In this document: piece after piece, positions 11,324-22,782 of the stretch
Layout of the letters: every line of letters begins with the position of its first letter
Position numbering within the stretch: position 1 is the stretch's first letter
DNA from: Diploschistes diacapsis
Taxonomy: Eukaryota
Reading direction: 5' to 3'
DNA length: 43,615 bases
NCBI GenBank assembly: GCA_023645945.1
Contig: JALAIB010000034.1
Span: 1 to 43,615 of the forward strand
Translations under genes and position numbers: made by a program
The notes under the pieces: model-generated
Database searches by the model: none
Seen by the model: only the letters and a program-made list of their open reading frames with translations
Told to the model about the DNA's origin: nothing

Positions 11324-12359
11324 TCACCGCCCTTCGCCAACCGGTGTCTTGGTCAATCTCCGGCTTGGTGGTCTCATAGGTGGTGCTTCTGACGCTGGGC
11401 TCTGCACCCCACTCTCGACCTGACTGACTCTTGTTGCCTCCTTGCCCTTCCCGCCATGCGGTCCGACTTCGGTCGTCGTGTCGGTCGCGCTCAGGGGACT
11501 TCCTCGATCCGGCCTGACGTATGATGGTCCCGGACCCGCTCCAAAATCGTGGACGCTGTGCTGGCCCGGAGCCCATTGGCTCATTTCCGGGTGACTTGCT
11601 GTCCCGCGAGCAGGCGCTGTGGAATCACCGTATTCGCGATGGTTCTTGTGTCGACGATACCAAAGGGTCCCGCCCACGCCAATGATCACAAAGGCGACCG
11701 CGAGAACAATGAGCATCAGGACCCATTGCCAGTGATCATGGAACCTGGGTAGAAGATCAGCAATCATGTAGTAGTGACGGACAACAGACAGCGAAAAATG
11801 GTGAACGTTCGCGTCGATGGCACGCTAGACAGACGCCAGGTACGTACCATACAGGAGGACTTTCAGTAACATATTGGTTATCGCCATCGTCCGCCCCCTC
11901 ACCATTACTGGCCTCGGTAGCACCCGTGGCCCCAGCACTGCTTGTCGTTGTAGCCGGGGATGTATTCGCTGGAGGTGGCGTAGTGGTGGTGGTTATTGTC
12001 GTAACCAGGGTCGTGTCCAGAGTTGCAGCCGTTGCTGCCGGCACTCCACCATCGTTTGCACAAAAACCGGTGTACCACGCTTCAATGGTGCCGAAATCGG
12101 CATCGGTACATTGTGGCGCACAGGCGTTGGCGTTGGATGTCTTGAGTAGCTGAAGAGACGAAAATTGACAGAAGCAGGTGTTCCATGAGGCCTGCACGGC
12201 CGAGTCGGGGTTGCAGGCTGCAAGGGCTTGTTGAAAGATGGGGCACTGGTAGAGACATTGAGGTTCGGCGGCGGGAATAATGGTCTGACCTTGCGAGGCG
12301 ACGAGTGGTGAGAGCGACAGAAGCAGAAAGACTGCGAGAAGGCTACATAAGTAGATCAT
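11324..12359 (-). CDS. Single-pass membrane protein with an 8-Cys CFEM-like ectodomain and Ser/Thr stalk
   Basis: Signal peptide, 8-Cys domain (QCLYQC..AC..CFC..CAPQC..FC) and a T-rich stalk. Intron 11745-11847 joins to WFHDHWQWVLM, a TM helix, RRHK and a cytoplasmic tail. Confidence 0.85.
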
Positions 12360-13570
12360 GGTAGGATGGAGTAAGCAGTCGAAACGTTGACGTGACGAAT
12401 GCGTCTTTGTTTCATCCGATCACGAGTCGTGGTGAGCCCACTGCCGCGATGGTGAGCGTAACCTTGTCTTCATTCGCGACGACCTCGTTCTGAGCCTATG
12501 TCGACGAATTTTTGATGTTAACCAAGTCGTCCGCTGAAGAACATGGTGATGAAGGATGCAGGATGGTCGGTGGCACGGTGACGGTTATGAGAGCGAACCG
12601 AACTTCCAGACCCGGCGAATGATCAGTAAGTATTATCATTCAAGGGGGAAAAAGTAAGTTACGCGAAATGAGTAGATTCAATTATTATTGGTAATTAGCC
12701 TTGTGTGGCAGGTGCTGGGTGAGCGATGGGGCGAAATGCTTGAGTGCTTCTTGCCAGGGGCAAAGGACGAAGGAGGAGGCATGTCCGGCGGAGATGCAGA
12801 GCTTGTTGGGGCTTAGCGTAGAGAGTGCCGCTCCTCCTTTTTCCTTGCTGCTGTCCCGGCGGTGGCGCAGCGCGTGCGCAGAGCCTTAGTTAGATTTTAA
12901 GAAAAAACATTTCCTCCTACAGCTTTATACATCCTTTGCTGTTGTTCCTCCATCGAATCTTTGTTCTGCAATTTTAGAGCCCTTACTCGAGCAACAGGGG
13001 AAAGGGTGGAATGATCGAGACCGTGGCACGAATTTACGCCGCCTCTGCTGCTGCTTTAAAAAGCCCACGTTGCTATCTGCAAGGCACGAGCCGTTGTTCT
13101 TAGCACCACACAGCATGGGCTCGAGGCTGCACGAAGTTGGCGCCTTACGTTCGCAGCATGCGAGGCGGCGTCCGGTGCCGCTCTATCGAAACGTCAAGAA
13201 ATCAGTATGAAGATGTCTTTCTACTTCAAGAATCACTGAATGGGACTTCAACCGAAGCCTCGGTTATGTACAGTTTTCGTTGTACTTGAGTATCTCGCGT
13301 CCTAAACAAAAGAAGTTCAACTTCCCTCTTAAAATTTATGTACACACCACTCATGCTATTGTTTTCTCGACGTATGGGTATCATAATTCGCTGCATCTGT
13401 AGCCCGGCTTTATCGTTGTCGGGACTCTCAAGGCATAACGGTAGAATGTTGATGCCGGAAAAAGTCCAGGCTTCCATAAAGTTTATACTTGGACCGTCTG
13501 ATGTAATGTCGACGATACGAAAGATTTTAGTGTAAATGCGGAAAATCTAGGTTTGTCATGGAGCTCTTCG

Positions 13571-15063
13571 CTACGAGCCATATAATTCCGGTATTCGTCG
13601 GCCGTCCTGGCGCGACGGCGTCCTCGCCCGACCCTTCTCCGCACGGATCCCACTTGTTTTACGAACTGGCAAGTCGGACAAAGCAATGTCGCCGTCGTCT
13701 TGCTCGCTCGCCTTTCTTGAGTGTTGAGAGTAAGAAGAGTAAATCGTGGTCTGATTGCCCCAGTGTTCCGTGTCCGCGGGCAACTCGTTGATCGGGTATC
13801 GGCTCGTGAAACTGCCGGTCCGACTCTTGCTAATCTTGGAGGTGGGATAAGGCTTTAGGGACTGAATTGGAGATCGAGAGCGAGTCTTCGTGGTATTCGT
13901 ACTCTTGTTGGCGGTGCGTCTCTTCCGCCACACCCACAACGATCTCATTATTGGCAGGCATGCAGAGACGACGGCGATGGACGGCTCGACGCTTGTCCAG
14001 ATACCCGGATTGACATAATTCCCTAGAAACAATCAACGCTTGGAGGTGGGTCAGAAGTCAAGTCCGACGTACAAGTGATATCATCTTGCGCAAGCTTGGA
14101 GAGCACAACAACTCGGGCAATAGAAACACCAATGACGCTGCATCAAATCAGTCTGGCGCATGCGCCTGGACCTTCATCCCAACTTACAAGGTGCCAAGCC
14201 CAAAGACGGCACATAATGCATATCTATGCTTCTTCTCGATCTCCAGCGTCCAGATCATTGGAAGTGGAAGGCAAACAATGATGACGTTCAAGAGGACGTT
14301 CGGGACGCCGGAACCGATGAAAAAGGGAACTAGACTGATGCATCTGGACGGGGTGCCGAGATTCCACAGGCCAGATATTGGAACGCACTCCGCGAGAACA
14401 ACAATTTCGATGGCCAGCAGCCAAAGGGTCACCAACGTGGTACTGACGCGCAACGCAATCCGGAACTTTCGCTCGGTGAAGATGCGGGAATAGAAGAGGA
14501 GAATCGAGTATTTTGTGGCGGCGATGGAGAGTGTGTACATGGTCTCGTAAACATAGCTAAAGAGCATGAGCTACCATATATCGATGATGATGGGGGATTT
14601 TTTTCTTACAAAAGTTCGAACCAAGTCTCGGCGACAATGATTCTCTCTGAAAAGTCCGGGATTGATGACGCGTGTTTGCCGAAGCCATGATATGTCGCTG
14701 CTCTTCGTCAACTACGTATGCAGTCAAGAGGGATTAGGAAACCGACAGATGATCATTGCTAGACATGCTCCCCAGGATAATATCTGTGGAATATCAGTAC
14801 ATAAGGCCCTAACCATCTTCACCAAGACCAACAAGTGCCAGTAGCATTGCCCAGTCATCCCACCAAATACCGGCCCGTGAGAGGTATCGAGCAATAAAAC
14901 GTAGTATGACTGCTACGCTTGAAAGCGCTATGAGGATGCCGCTCGTTGTCAAGATTCTAGGTACTTGGGTATCGTTGAGATCGGAGCCAGGAGGAGTGAT
15001 AATGGCGAGGATCCCTCCACCTTGCTCAACGATACCGTTGTCGGGATTGATCGCCGCCGCCAT
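13571..15063 (-). CDS. Pth11-like fungal rhodopsin-domain integral membrane protein (no CFEM domain)
   Basis: Six exons; GT-AG introns 14784-14832, 14698-14746, 14557-14609, 14138-14187 and 14023-14072. Motifs LRFIAR..WWDDW, GFGKH, KYSILLFYSRIF, ECVPISGLWN, LPLPMIWTL and WTSVEPSIAVVSACLP. Confidence 0.92.
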
Positions 15064-16259
15064 GGTGAAAGAACGTTTCCAATGAGCAGCGACAGTGCCT
15101 TTTTTTTTGGAGCTAAAACTCTAGACCAAGCTTCCTATCCACGAAGCCGACATGTCGACTGCAAGGCAGCGAACAGTTGATAGCAAGCTCCAAAACGAAC
15201 AAAGCCAGAGATACCAAAAACGGGACGCTACAAGACTCGCCAGTGTTAGGTTAGGGATGGCAGAAGCTCGAGATGGGTCGACAGAAGATAGCAAAGCACA
15301 TGGAGGAAGGAGTAAGTTACAAAATACAAGATGGAAGGCGAATGCAAAGGTGGGAAGGAAAGGTAGCAGGTAGCGGCACGAGAGTAGAGTACTTTTCGGT
15401 CGAGGTGATAACGCAAGAAGTTGAATGATAGATGGCGAGCTAGTAATGTTTCTAAGGATAGGAAAAAACCACTTACAATAATACAATCCATTACTAATTT
15501 AGGTACGTCCGTTTCTACTACCTTAGTCTACCTACGAAGTGACCCCCCAGAACACAGGGTTGGAAAAGAAGGCCCAACGTGTCCTTTCACTGGGAAGACA
15601 TATGGTAACCCCCCTGTTCTGGGGTTTACTTCGTAGGTATGCACCTCGGCTTTTCAGAACCAGGCAGGTGTTCAGACGTAGACGGATAATTGCGAGTACA
15701 TGTATATACTCGGTGGAAACGGAAGTGAAGAGTCGACGAGCTCTGCGTTGGTTGGTACACGAATGGGCCGCCAGTCTCACCGTCAGAAGTTTTGCTGCGA
15801 GTCTGCGACAAAAGCCCACGCCCACGCGATGGCGGCTGCCACTAATGCAAAAGGAGAGAAAGGTGCATGTTGGTTTAGCTGCGCATCATATCATATGTGG
15901 GGTACGATGGTTGGTACATCAAATTCAGTATTAGTTATTAGTTATCAGCTGTACCCCCGGAGCTGTCCGTAACATACGTAACATACGGCCACTACTACTA
16001 CGTTGTACCTTTCTGTAGTAATGCGCAGCCAGGTCCGTGGCCCATTGAGGGGTCCTTCGCCGGAGAAGAGCAGCAAGAGTCATCAAGAGTGAAGTTAGAA
16101 CTGTACTCTCTGTACTTGCATTGTTATATCTACTATCATTATCAATCCCGTCCAGCCCAGCCACGCGAGCACAGGGGGATTGCTGCACAGAGCACCTTGT
16201 CCCAGTGCAAGGGTTTATTTATTCTGACGCTGTAGGAACCAGGCAATTTCTTTTGCTTG

Positions 16260-16282
16260 GGTGAGAGTGAGAGTGAGAGTGA
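16260..16282. repeat. (GTGAGA)n microsatellite
   Basis: gtgagagtgagagtgagagtga seen directly. Confidence 0.7.
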
Positions 16283-17163
16283 TAGTTAGTCCTTCCATTA
16301 TTATGTAATTTATGTGTTCCTCTGTTCCAGTTTGTGCCAGTTGTTTCAGCCGAACCATGAACATGAACAAATAGAGAATAGTGAACGAGTTGACGTTCAG
16401 CCTCAAACGGGACCGACCTTCCCACAATAGACAATAGACATCAAAAAGTTGCCTCGGCCCAATGATGTGACGCTTCTGACCCCCCGTCCCACCACCACGA
16501 GTTCACGAGAGGTTGCGGTACCAGGGCAAATTCGAAGTTGGCATGTTCAGCCACTCTAGACTTTCAACGTCTTGTCAACGATGGGTCTCTCCGAAGATCT
16601 CACGTTTCAGAATGGTCGGGTGGGAAACGACTTCTAAAAACAGACATTGGCCAGAACTTCAAGAACGACGATAGTGAGTGACCCACCCACGTGGCGTGGC
16701 GAGCACGCTTTTCCAACACGCTAGATAGTAGTATAAAGTATTTACGAGCCTCCCTCTGACGCCACTTTTATCCCTCCTCCCTCTTCATTATTATTATTCG
16801 AGCCAGAGGTAACTTCACTAACCACGAATGGAGGGTGCCATCCACATCGTTGTACCAAGCTGTCACTCCTCTCCCCCAAACCTTTGTGCCTTCTACTTTG
16901 CACGACTCTGAATTAACGTGAATAGATAGACAGATAGATAGATATATGATGGATTGCATTGCCAGCTGAAGCTGCATTACCTTTGTACACAAATGATTTG
17001 CCGTAAAAATTCCCCCGAGCCCTTGGAAGAAAACCGGGCCACACACACAAGCATTTAATTAATAAACGTAAGCCACACTAGCTACACAAGCCACACCACA
17101 CCATTTTTCCTATATAAACATTGTTCCCACCCGACCGTAGCGTTTAGTTTTGCATTCATTTTC

Positions 17164-17215
17164 TGTTCCGCAGCTTTTGTCCGCAGCTTTCTTGTCCGCA
17201 GCTTTCGATCGAAAG
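17164..17215. repeat. Three tandem TCCGCAGCTTT units ending in the 14-bp perfect palindrome CTTTCGATCGAAAG
   Basis: Seen directly; palindrome at 17202-17215. Confidence 0.65.
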
Positions 17216-17308
17216 TTTTCTATCGCAGATGATCGAAACGGGATGATTAGCCGTCTTAGGAATAGGCCTGGAATAAAGAAAAAAAGGTCTGCCAGTAGCC
17301 TGTCTTCA

Positions 17309-17719
17309 TCATGCGACCATGCCTATATATACATATATATGCAATACATTCACCAAATCTTCCATTGTCTGGCACCCGTTGGGTAACAGTGTTGTAATCA
17401 TTCCCCCATCAGCAAGTCTTCTCTTGGAGCCGCTCTCATCCTTATATGTCTCCAATGCCACGACCATCTCATGTAAGCAATACATGTAAGCAGTATAGCC
17501 ATCTTGAGTCTGTTCTCCGGGGTCTACTGCGTGTTTGACGTAGATCAAATGGCCAGTACATTCGGCTATTAGTCTTCCTTGGACTATAATCTTGTGAAAG
17601 CACCTTAAAAGGTACTGATTAGCACCTGTGCAAGAACGACCATGTAGAGCAACTTCTGGCCGCATTGTCATCAGGAAAGTGTCCATTGTGGTTATGATAG
17701 ATCTAGTTAAGGAGAGCAT
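17309..17719 (-). CDS. Hypothetical 136-aa orphan protein
   Basis: ATG-initiated ORF with globular-like composition and no recognised motif. It begins only about 80 nt after the stop of the upstream RlpA-like gene. Confidence 0.3.
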   Translation of the reverse strand: MLSLTRSIITTMDTFLMTMRPEVALHGRSCTGANQYLLRCFHKIIVQGRLIAECTGHLIYVKHAVDPGEQTQDGYTAYMYCLHEMVVALETYKDESGSKRRLADGGMITTLLPNGCQTMEDLVNVLHIYVYIGMVA

Positions 17720-17799
17720 TCATGTATGTGATAAGATGGCACCTTTCTTCGCTATCGGTCTTAAGTGATCAAGATAGATAGCCTCATGTCGCCGGATTA

Positions 17800-18556
17800 T
17801 CATGGCGTTGGGGTAGGAGAGAGCCACGCCCATGTGACGGTCACCCTTCCAAGGCTCATATCGGCGAGTTGTTGGAACGCGCCTGGGCTGACATCAAGAT
17901 CAGTTGGCTGGCATCCCACGCCTAATAGGTTAACTCGGGCATACTCCTAATGAGATCATCGAGAGTAGCAGAAACTTACATCTGTCGACCACAACTAAGT
18001 CAATGCTCCTTTGAGTATTAACAGATTCGTCAAACCTCTCCGCACGGAGTTTCAGTCCACAGAGGGGATTGGCATTTGGGTTTGATCCAGTGGACTCGCT
18101 ATCGAACAAGAAATGGCTCACGGACACTATATTATCGGTATCACTTGATGTCACGCCGCAAGCTCCGAGTCCAGGACCATAGTAAGTCAGATCGCCTGTA
18201 AACTGTTGCGTATCCGATGGGAGTGGTAAGAATTGAGTTGAGTACCTAACAAAACATTATATTAGTGTATTATACTAGCCTAGAAACCATGGGTCTCGCC
18301 TATTTCGAAGAGACGGGCCAACAGCGAGTCCAATGACAAGGGTCAGTATGGCGACTAAGCTAACACCAAAGAGCAGAAGAAAAGTCGTTCTGCGTAATCC
18401 AAGGTATCTCCGGTGTGCTGGCATGCAACTCTCGAGGAAGGGTACTGCAATGAATCGATGAAGACTACTGCGCTGTCCAAAGCGATCCTCCTTCGTACCT
18501 CTCTCGGGAACCTCCCATTCCGGCAATTGAGTTTTAACCGTCTGCATTTCTGGCAT
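17800..18556 (-). CDS. Membrane-anchored RlpA-like double-psi beta-barrel (expansin/Asp f 7-like) protein
   Basis: N-terminal TM helix, then FTGDLTYYGPGLGACG, NPNANPLCG and VVDRCVGCQPTDLDVSPGAF..GRVTVTWAW. Introns 18246-18299 (GC donor; alternative GT donor at 18287) and 17922-17979. Confidence 0.9.
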
Positions 18557-18902
18557 TGTGTTCAACGCTCACCAAGTTAGAGACCGCAGCAGACCGGTAC
18601 GTGGAGAAATTGCTAAGAAGGCAGAATTTCGGCATTGCACAATCAGGAGAGTTGGAAAAGACTGAAGAGAGCCAAGGCGCTCTTTATATTCCTGTCACCT
18701 TTGCAACCCAGACGTGTGTTGCTATCTTGATGGTCGATACATTGCATCTGTGCATACATGTAGGGGGCTTTAGGCGCTTCACAAACCCACAGTCAGCCAA
18801 TCGGCGTAACTGTTCATCTAGCCTAGATGACTCATCAAGAGCTTTTATGGCGGAAATTCGCGCAAAGGATGAACTTCACATCTCGAGCCGCGCATCTCGA
18901 CA

Positions 18903-19760
18903 ATGCTGTATAATTCTTCCAGCTGCCTGCGGACAGCCACAGTAACTTTTCGGCTCTCTCCATTACAACAAGCTCCGGCATGGAACAGCTCCAAGTGCCT
19001 TACTGTACAAGCTACTGCCAAGCACCAAGCACGACCTCTGTGCACGAGGCTCACTTGCACTCAGAATTCACCCTCACAAACAGCTCCACCTCATATCAAA
19101 TCATTAGATCGCTCCGCTAGCTTACCGAAACCATCAATCACCCGCTTCGTTTCCACTTCTGCTTCCCCATCAGCAACCGCCAATGCAACGGCTGCATCCT
19201 CCACTACCCAATCGTCCCAGTCGCTGACTTGGGATGGCTACCTCTCCCTCCGCCAGAAGCGGCGGTACTACAACATCATTGCATCATCGCTGACTGCACT
19301 TGCCTCATTCACGGGTGGTGCCTCTTTCTTACTCACACAGGATATCGAGAAGATATCCGGATTGATGTTCGGTCTTGATCCATTCATGGGCATGGGCATC
19401 GTGTGCGTCGGATTTGGAGCCACTGGCTGGTTGATTGGACCTTTTGCCGGAGGCTTTGTATTCAGACTTATGCATCGACGGGTTGCGGGGGGCATGCAAA
19501 TTGTTAGTTGACCCGCATTCTCGTCTCGTCTTCTTCCATGCTCTGTGTGGGCTGTTCGTGCTAACAGGCCTTCAATTTCTCAGAAAGAAAGAGATTTGTA
19601 CCAGCGCATAAAGAAATACCGATGCGATCCTACCAGCCAGTCGGTGCAAAATCCTGTTCCAGACTATTACGGCGAGAAGATTTTCTCGGTGAAGGGCTAT
19701 AGGCAGTGGCTGAAGGATCAGAGAGCCTATAGGAAGAAGAGGGAATCCTTGACTGCTTAA
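18903..19760 (+). CDS. PAM17: Mitochondrial presequence translocase-associated motor subunit Pam17
   Basis: Presequence-like N-terminus; LTWDGYLSLR, GLDPF and GWLIGP. After intron 19503-19583: RCDPTSQSVQNPVPDYYGEKI..YRQWLKDQRAY. Confidence 0.95.
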
Positions 19761-20367
19761 GGTTATAGAGCAGGAAGTATCCCAGCATCTGGGTCATTGC
19801 CGGCAATCCAAGTTGCCCGAACATGGACTTGCCAGAGTTATGGAAATTTAGGGCACAGGACATCGCCGGAAGGAAGTGAAGCATAACAATCCGATGCGTG
19901 ACATCTACAGCCGATGGTATATTTATTGTTTCCATGCGCGAGCAGGCAAGCGGATAAAGGGAGCAAAGGACAACGGGCATGGCGCTCGTGAATTCAGAAG
20001 CTATGGATGTAACAAGATAGGAGTCATCTTTCAGCAATCATAGTCACCCCTCCTGCAGAGTCTCAAACAGAGGTTCCAAAACCTACATTTCATAGGCCCA
20101 ACCATCATGCTGTGCCAGGATAGTAGTATTGCATAACCCGGATGTTGGTGTCATAGCCCAGGTCGACAATTCGTCGCCTTTGTCCGCCCTGCCAGCTCAG
20201 CCTGCCCTCAGTTGACAGCTCGGAAAAACTGTTGCTGCTGCTATGGCCTGTCAACCGTATGGCAACGATGGTCTGACTCGATTCTGATTCGCTAGGACGG
20301 TAAACCAAGCTCCAAAGCCAAAAGCAAAGACGCTTATCAACCCAATCATGTTCCGCTGTGCGCGACC

Positions 20368-21125
20368 TCAGGTCGTCAGCTTGACATAGTTCCTCAGAGC
20401 CTTCCATCTGGCCGACAAGTCCGCAGCCTCTTGGGTCTCATGAACCGCAAGTTTCTCTTCTGAGCCAAGTCCCCCCTCCATTCCATCCATACCTACCGCA
20501 TCACCTCCTCTCAATCCCGCCAGCACAGCCAGATTCCTTGCAAACCTTTCCTTCTCCGCACTTTCCACCTTCGCCCTCTTTTTCATGGCGCCGGGCCTAC
20601 TCCGCAGGCTCTTGCTCGGTCTGGAGACACGAACCTTGACTCCATCTATATCCACCGTCCTGGTTGCACCAGCAGCCGCTCCCCCACCCGTTCCTCCGTT
20701 CCTGGCGCCAGCAGCCGCCTCTCCTTCGCCCGGGTCGGTGGAAGTCGGCAATGCATCCGCAAGCGAGGACATGGTGGAGAGCAGCTTCTCACTTTTGGCC
20801 TTGCTTTCGATGCCGTTCTTCCCCGTTCGCCGGCGCCGGAGCCGCTTGGCGATCCCGCTCGAGCCAGCTCGGGTTTTGCCCAGGCGAGTTAGGAGCGCGT
20901 GATGCTTCTTCGGGCGCCTGCGCTCCTTCGTGCCGCGCGTGGCTGCCGTTTGCCGAGCGAGCGGGAAGATGCTGGTGCTCGGGTCTGGCGCACGAGAGGC
21001 TCTTGCTGTGGCTGTCGATCCGGAGGCGGAAGCGCGCGCTCGGATCGAGCTGCGCTTGCGGAAAGGTGCCTACCGCGATGGTTAGCTGGGCGCGTTTTAG
21101 ATGCCTGGAAGAACAGATATACCAT
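20368..21125 (-). CDS. SLX9: Ribosome biogenesis protein Slx9 family
   Basis: ATG-only coding exon 1 (21123-21125); intron 21070-21122 (GTATAT..GCTAAC..TAG). Exon 2 gives MAPFRKRSS..KKHHALL..SSLADALP..SRPGAMKKR..EKERFARNL..RWKALRNYV. Confidence 0.8.
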
Positions 21126-21707
21126 TTTGGGAAATAGGGGGCTACCCTCTAGTTTATGTACTGCAGCTGACGGGCCTCGCCGGGTCTTGTATCTTGCTCG
21201 AGCTGCGTGTTAAAATTCTTCCTGGTAACTTTTAGAAAATGTAAGAGAACCAGTATTTAAAGCCGTCGTTTTTGCCATGTATTTTCATACCGTCAAAACG
21301 TTCGTTCCCCTTTGCCCACGCAATTCTCATCTGAAGACTTTCCTGGTTGCGGCGGAAGATGGTACTAATTCGCTCCTACAGGCTCCCTAGCTACAATAAA
21401 TCACCTTTGATCTGCTCCCTTATATAATATAGAATGTTCCAATTTTCAGCAACTGTTGAAGGTTGATGTGTGACAAGCATAAAATTCATTGTACCGCCAA
21501 GGCTTGATAAGGAGAACTGATCTACGCTCGTTGATTTACTAGATTCAATACAATTCAATCATACCGGGAAGGGATTCAGAGTGCAGTTTCTCTTGGTAAG
21601 GCCCTATCTTCTCGATCCCCACTATCACTCTACGGAATTACTCGTCGTGGTCTCTAGCCGGCTTCGCAAGGCTCGACTACTCCAAGCCCGGCACAGTGAT
21701 ACATGTA

Positions 21708-22782
21708 TCATCCCGTTGTTGTCAACGCCGTGACATGGTACGCAAAGTTCACGTCAACAATCATGCCATAAACATCGTCTCCGAAAACATTAACGTAGTC
21801 AATAGTCTTACCGCCAAGTAGATGCGAGTGGTCAGCAATCAGAAATCCCACGCCGTAGCCGTTGGGACATCCAACGAGAGCCTTTCCATTGTCATCGTCC
21901 TCCGTTTGAAAGCTTTTGCCGGGCCACGCTGAGTAGTCTGATTGACCCATAACAGTTGCCGCAACGTTCTCGGATACTGGGTTGGTTACCGAGTGGTGAA
22001 TGATCCATTCGAGCCGCTGCAAGCATTGCTGCACATTCTGCCCAGCAACGGTGCACGCCCGTTGATACACTAGAAATGTATAGTCCGAGAGTCGACTTAG
22101 AGGTGGCGTGCTTGCAGGTGTTGCGCCTGGTGCTACAAGAGGTTTCTTAGGCGAGGCAGCAAAGTCAACAATGATCGCACCAGCGACTGGATTAGCCCAG
22201 ACTATGTATGAGGCCGTGAAAGCAGGCGTCAGCCATGGTTCTTTGTACTGAAAAAATGGTAAGTTAAGACTGAGAGAGGGGAATCAAGCGGCAACCTAGC
22301 TTAGGCGCACTGACCGAATTCTTGAACTCTTGGAAGTCTCCTTGATGCCATCCCTGACTGCTCAATACACCTCCGAGTCCATATGGAAAACCATCATCCA
22401 GGTTTCCCGAGTATGGTCCCCACCCAGAGCTGGCTATCTGAGAAAATTGTGTGTAGGGTGTGCCCTCGCTCATGCCATACTGTATGATGTCTAGGACGCA
22501 ATAGCCTTCAATGATAGCCTAGGGTGGTGCATTAGATCAGCAACGCTTCCCAATCCGGATCGCATCCAGTCGACATACCTCTTTGAATGTTGTTACTGCC
22601 CGCTTTGACAGATGCTCAAGTCGATTTTCCGTTCCATTACTGACAAAATTCGCTGGGAATGCCTTGATGCCGTCATGTGGTGAATATGCGTAAGCCACTA
22701 GGATGCGAGAAAATTGTGCAAAGACGGTCATAAGAGCAAAGTACAGGATTAGGACATGAAGTCCACCTTGCTTCCTGCTCAT
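21708..22782 (-). CDS. Uncharacterised secreted protein
   Basis: Three in-frame exons (introns 22519-22578 and 22248-22314). Hydrophobic leader and a KR (Kex2-like) site. C-terminal motifs PLSRLSD, WPGKSF and GKALVGCPNGYGVGFLIADH..LGGKTI resemble a fungal family of unknown function. Confidence 0.8.

Noticed and set aside
15121..16434. Several 60-130 aa ORFs upstream of the Pth11-like gene
   Set aside because: They are low-complexity or UTR-like translations with no splice-consistent model or domain.
19630..20407. Minus-strand ORFs between PAM17 and SLX9
   Set aside because: They overlap the ends of real genes, have no motifs, and I could not build a coherent gene.
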